DNA of 64,000 nucleotides from Cyanobium sp. (GTDB lineage Bacteria; Cyanobacteriota; Cyanobacteriia; PCC-6307; Cyanobiaceae): NCBI GenBank assembly GCA_044359075.1, contig JBIKMU010000011.1, positions 7,306 to 71,305 of the forward strand, read 5' to 3'. Shown piece by piece: positions 60,201 to 64,000 of this stretch (position 1 is its first letter; each line of letters starts with the position of its first letter). The notes under the pieces were generated by a model. It saw only the letters and a program-made list of their open reading frames with translations, ran no database searches and was not told where the DNA came from. The position numbers and the translations under genes were made by a program.

Positions 60201-62063
60201 TCAGGAGCCATTTGGCGCGGCACGATCCGGCTCCATGGGCACCAATCCAAGACCGTTGTGGATTGCCGCCGTCACACCCCGCCCCCGCACGGTCTGGGTG
60301 CCACCCATCACCAGGCCAGTAGAGCTTCCCCCATCCAGGTTGAGGGCCTCCTGGAGCCCCATGGCCTGCAGCAGCCGTGCCGCCTCCGCCAGGGTGGGAC
60401 CGCTGTCATCGACCCCTTCCAACGTCACCAGCCAAAGCAGGCGGCCGTCACTGCCGATCACCGTGCGCGGTGCCCCTTGGGAGAGAAAGGCGGCACCAAA
60501 GCCCTCGGCGGCCCCATCCAGCACCAGCTGTCCTTGTTGAAGCAGCAAAGGGCCACCTCCAATCACATTGGCGGCCAAGCCCAACTCGGAATTCGGCCGG
60601 CTATTGATCGTCAATCGATCCCCCTCTCTCCAGGGCAACGGACTGCCCCTGGCAACCAAGATCGTGTCAAGGGGGCCCAGTTTGACGCCATTCACCAAGG
60701 TCGCCGCTTCCAACCGTTGAACCACAACCCCCTGACGAATCACCACTGCGGCTTCATGGGCGTTCAGAGGGCGATAAACCGGTCCCCAATCAGCTGTGTA
60801 ACGGGAAAGCCCCCGCTGGACATAGCCACTGTTGAGGGTTTGCAGCAGCACCGATGGCCCCCTGGAATCGCCCACCCATTCCTGCAATTGCAACCGGCCG
60901 AAGCGAGGCAGCTGGCGGGGATCCCAGGCCACCACGCCGCGATTCAGGATCGGCCCTGAAAGCCAACGCCCCTGATCCTTGATCGCCCCGAGGGGCAGGC
61001 GACGCACCCGATTGAAGAAGCCTCCGTTGATGGCCACAACAGCGTCGTAGCGACGGGCCAACTGGGGCAGCAGGCTCAGGCCCTCCATCCCCCCTCCTCG
61101 ACTGAGGGGTCGCAAGGCAACGGGACCGAAACGGGGATCAAGGCGGACGGCGTTTAGTCGCACGCGGCGCCCATCCAGCACCCGTACCTGCCGATCCCAT
61201 CGCAGTTGGGCCCCCAGCAGGGACTGCAGACGTCGATCCACCCCCCCTGGGGACGCCCCATCGAAGCCAACCTCCCCTGGGGTAACCGCCCCAGGCGGGC
61301 CGTCCGCCCAGTCGATCACCAAGCGGGTGGGAGCCCCAAGGCTGAAGACTTGCCGCAGGGGGCGGCCGCCAGGGCCAGCCAGCAGCAGATCATCGCCAAC
61401 CACCCGGGCCCCCAGGCCACTGGCCCGCAAGCGTTCTTCGGACCCCTGCCCCTTTTGCAAACCGATCTGCAAGCCGGCTTCGCTCTGGCGAACCAAAAGG
61501 GGTCCACTCAGGTCCAGAACAAAACGAGCGGTGCCTGCTGGGGCAGAACTGCGACGCACTCGCATCAATCGTGCCCCTGGCAGAGCCAGCTGCAACTGGG
61601 GTCCTGCGAACGTGACGCCAACCCCAGCCGCCTCCAGGAACGGGGCCGCATCGACCCCCACCTCATCCGCCAAGGACAGCTGGGCCTGCCTTGGAACCGA
61701 CAAGACCGTGCCAAACCATTGCAGGTCGAGACCACCATCGGGGCGACCATTGCTGCTGAAACCCAGCTGGCCTTGGAGTACTTCAAGGGGCAACCAGATC
61801 TGGGCGCGCGCGCCCCCCACCCCAGGGCGCCAGATCCAGGCCACCCGCTGCGGCCTGCCATTGATCAAAATCTGATCACCCCGGCGCTCGCCTGCAATCG
61901 CCCGGCGCCGATCCAGGCCGCCAGGCGCCGCAGGCCTGGTCAGGTCACGCCCCTCGGGGAGTGCCGCCGGAAGCGGCGGTAAAGGGGGAGGGGCCGCCTG
62001 CACAGGCAGGAGAGCGCCCACCAGGACCATGGCAGCGCCAAGGCGCCAGGTGCGAATGTCCAT
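60201..62063 (-). CDS. phosphodiester glycosidase (NAGPA-like) family protein
   Basis: AINGGFF, GGGPLL, APRTVIG, ALNLDGGSST. Confidence 0.88.
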   Translation of the reverse strand: MDIRTWRLGAAMVLVGALLPVQAAPPPLPPLPAALPEGRDLTRPAAPGGLDRRRAIAGERRGDQILINGRPQRVAWIWRPGVGGARAQIWLPLEVLQGQLGFSSNGRPDGGLDLQWFGTVLSVPRQAQLSLADEVGVDAAPFLEAAGVGVTFAGPQLQLALPGARLMRVRRSSAPAGTARFVLDLSGPLLVRQSEAGLQIGLQKGQGSEERLRASGLGARVVGDDLLLAGPGGRPLRQVFSLGAPTRLVIDWADGPPGAVTPGEVGFDGASPGGVDRRLQSLLGAQLRWDRQVRVLDGRRVRLNAVRLDPRFGPVALRPLSRGGGMEGLSLLPQLARRYDAVVAINGGFFNRVRRLPLGAIKDQGRWLSGPILNRGVVAWDPRQLPRFGRLQLQEWVGDSRGPSVLLQTLNSGYVQRGLSRYTADWGPVYRPLNAHEAAVVIRQGVVVQRLEAATLVNGVKLGPLDTILVARGSPLPWREGDRLTINSRPNSELGLAANVIGGGPLLLQQGQLVLDGAAEGFGAAFLSQGAPRTVIGSDGRLLWLVTLEGVDDSGPTLAEAARLLQAMGLQEALNLDGGSSTGLVMGGTQTVRGRGVTAAIHNGLGLVPMEPDRAAPNGS

Positions 62064-62262
62064 CGACCGATCCTCCCCAAACCGCATCCAGGGCGATGGC
62101 GAGAAAGTTAGCCCTGATCAGTGAACGGGAGAACGGATCCCTAGGATCCCAACTCTGCTCAGAGGGGGGTTCGTACTCCCAACTGAAAAAATCGCCGCCT
62201 CACTTGCTTCGAGGCGATCCCGACCCGCTCGGGCCCAGAATCCGCCGCCTGTCACCCCGGCC

Positions 62263-64000
62263 ATGTACCTTCGCACCCCTCCCGTCTGGCCCCATCGCGA
62301 CAGTGCCGCCCCGGAGGCGGTGGCCGGCGAGAAGGATGCCTGCGGCGTGGGCTTCCTGGCCCATCTCCAAGGGGTACCGAGCCACTGGGTGTTGCAACAG
62401 GCCCTGCAGGGTCTCCGCTGCATGGAACACCGCGGCGGCTGCGGTGGTGATGGAGATTCCGGGGATGGCGCGGGTATCCTCAGCGCCATTCCTTGGGGCC
62501 TGCTTGAGGCCGTCTGGCCCGCCGCCACAAATTTGAACAAGGGTGTCAGGGGCCTTGGCATGGTCTTTATGCCCCAGGATCCTGCCCAGCGCGAAACGGT
62601 CCGCCAGCTCTGCGAGCAGGAAGCCACCCGACTGGGCCTCGTCAGCCTGGGCTGGCGGCCGGTGCCAGTAGACCCCTCCGTCTTAGGTCCCATGGCCCGC
62701 CAGTCGGCGCCCGCCATTGAGCAATGGTTGCTGTTGGAACCCCAGGCCAATGCCGAGGTCAGCGAAGAGGTTGACGCGGTCGAATCCCTGCTCTTCCGAC
62801 TGCGACGCCGGGCCGTCGACCGGGCCCGGGAACAACTCGGTGCCGAGAATACCAACCTCTATTTCGCCTCAATTAGTTCCCGTACCGTCGTCTACAAAGG
62901 CATGGTCCGCTCGGCGGTACTCGACCTCTTTTACGCCGACTTGCGGGATGAGCGTTTTGCGGTGCATTTTGCTGTTTACCACAGGCGTTTCAGTACCAAC
63001 ACGCTGCCCCGCTGGCCCCTGGCCCAGCCCATGCGCTTGCTGGGCCATAACGGCGAAATCAATACGTTGCTCGGCAATATCAATTGGGCCAGTGCGGCCG
63101 AAGCCAATCTCGAAGCTGTATGGGGTGAAGCTGCCAGTGACCTGCGGCCATTGGTCAATCCAGCCTTCAGCGATTCTGCCAATCTTGATGCGACTCTTGA
63201 GCTCATGGTGCGCAGTGGGCGACCCATTACAGATAGCCTGCTTACCCTTGTTCCAGAAGCGTTCCGCGATCAACCAGAACTAGATGACCGACCCGACATC
63301 AAAGCCTTTTATGAATACAATGCTTGTCTGCAAGAGCCCTGGGATGGCCCTGCCCTATTGGTATTCAGTGATGGCAAGACGGTAGGGGCTACTCTCGATC
63401 GCAATGGTCTACGGCCGGCCCGTTATTGCATCACCAGTGATGGCTATGTGGTGATGGGTTCAGAAACCGGTGTGGTTGAACTTGAAGAAGATCGCATTCT
63501 GGAGAAGGGAAGGCTCGGTCCTGGACAGATGCTGGCCGTAGATCTGGTCCACCATCGCATTCTGCGTAACTGGGATGTGAAGGAAGAAGCGGCTGCCCGC
63601 CATCCCTACAGCAGTTGGTTATCGGAACATCGCCGCGAGTTGGAGGCCGGAGTCTGGCAAGAACACACCATCCTCAGCGATCTCGAGCTTCTGCAACAAC
63701 AAACCGCATTTGGTTTCACTGCTGAGGATTTAGAACTGGTGATGGATGACATGGCCGGCGCCGGCAAAGAACCCACCTATTGCATGGGTGATGACATCCC
63801 CCTGGCGATTCTCTCCAGCAAGCCCCACCTCCTCTACGACTATTTCAAACAACGCTTCGCCCAGGTCACCAACCCTCCGATTGACCCGTTGCGCGAAAAA
63901 CTGGTCATGGGTCTGGACATGCATCTGGCAAGGCGCGGATCCGCCTTGCGGCCGGACGCCGCCGGAGCCGCCGTCTTGCATCTGGCCAGCCCCGTCCTCA
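62263..64000 (+). CDS. gltB: glutamate synthase large subunit, ferredoxin-dependent type (3' truncated; not in ORF track)
   Basis: Manual translation ..EKDACGVGFLA, MEHRGG, HRRFSTNT, LGHNGEINT, EPWDGPA, DRNGLRPARY. Confidence 0.95.
   Translation, partial: MYLRTPPVWPHRDSAAPEAVAGEKDACGVGFLAHLQGVPSHWVLQQALQGLRCMEHRGGCGGDGDSGDGAGILSAIPWGLLEAVWPAATNLNKGVRGLGMVFMPQDPAQRETVRQLCEQEATRLGLVSLGWRPVPVDPSVLGPMARQSAPAIEQWLLLEPQANAEVSEEVDAVESLLFRLRRRAVDRAREQLGAENTNLYFASISSRTVVYKGMVRSAVLDLFYADLRDERFAVHFAVYHRRFSTNTLPRWPLAQPMRLLGHNGEINTLLGNINWASAAEANLEAVWGEAASDLRPLVNPAFSDSANLDATLELMVRSGRPITDSLLTLVPEAFRDQPELDDRPDIKAFYEYNACLQEPWDGPALLVFSDGKTVGATLDRNGLRPARYCITSDGYVVMGSETGVVELEEDRILEKGRLGPGQMLAVDLVHHRILRNWDVKEEAAARHPYSSWLSEHRRELEAGVWQEHTILSDLELLQQQTAFGFTAEDLELVMDDMAGAGKEPTYCMGDDIPLAILSSKPHLLYDYFKQRFAQVTNPPIDPLREKLVMGLDMHLARRGSALRPDAAGAAVLHLASPVL

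Noticed and set aside
1-64000. Integron integrase, transposase, tRNA or rRNA genes
   Set aside because: None recognised in the ORF track or by eye in this window.

Overview
High-GC picocyanobacterial (Cyanobium/Synechococcus-like) chromosome window, mostly housekeeping genes: sufE, hom, peptide ABC transporter, ychF, wecB, pilT, tsaD, psaF-psaJ, gmk, tatC, ampG, dapL, clpS, rne-rnhB, pheA, the rpsL-rpsG-fusA-tuf-rpsJ cluster and the 5' part of a glutamate synthase. The main accessory element is a lower-GC island of about 6.4 kb (6108 to about 12500) whose genes all lie on the minus strand. It contains three full integron attC-like sites with canonical architecture and no integrase in the window, i.e. 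a CALIN-like cassette array. The array carries a putative HEPN (RxxxxH) RNase cassette and a membrane-anchored helical protein cassette. It also holds a translationally coupled two-gene module: a TIR protein plus a 970-aa ParA/MinD-like (KGGVGRT) ATPase-TPR-TIR protein with seven near-identical 126-bp TPR repeats, a candidate uncharacterised immune/conflict system. Other oddities are a decayed duplicate of the tatC-ampG-amylase locus bracketing a methyltransferase, two paralogous low-GC RTX-like proteins (one with an in-frame stop), an inserted AAA_14/DUF4143 ATPase and a PEP-CTERM-like protein. All assignments come from motif recognition by eye; no database searches were run.
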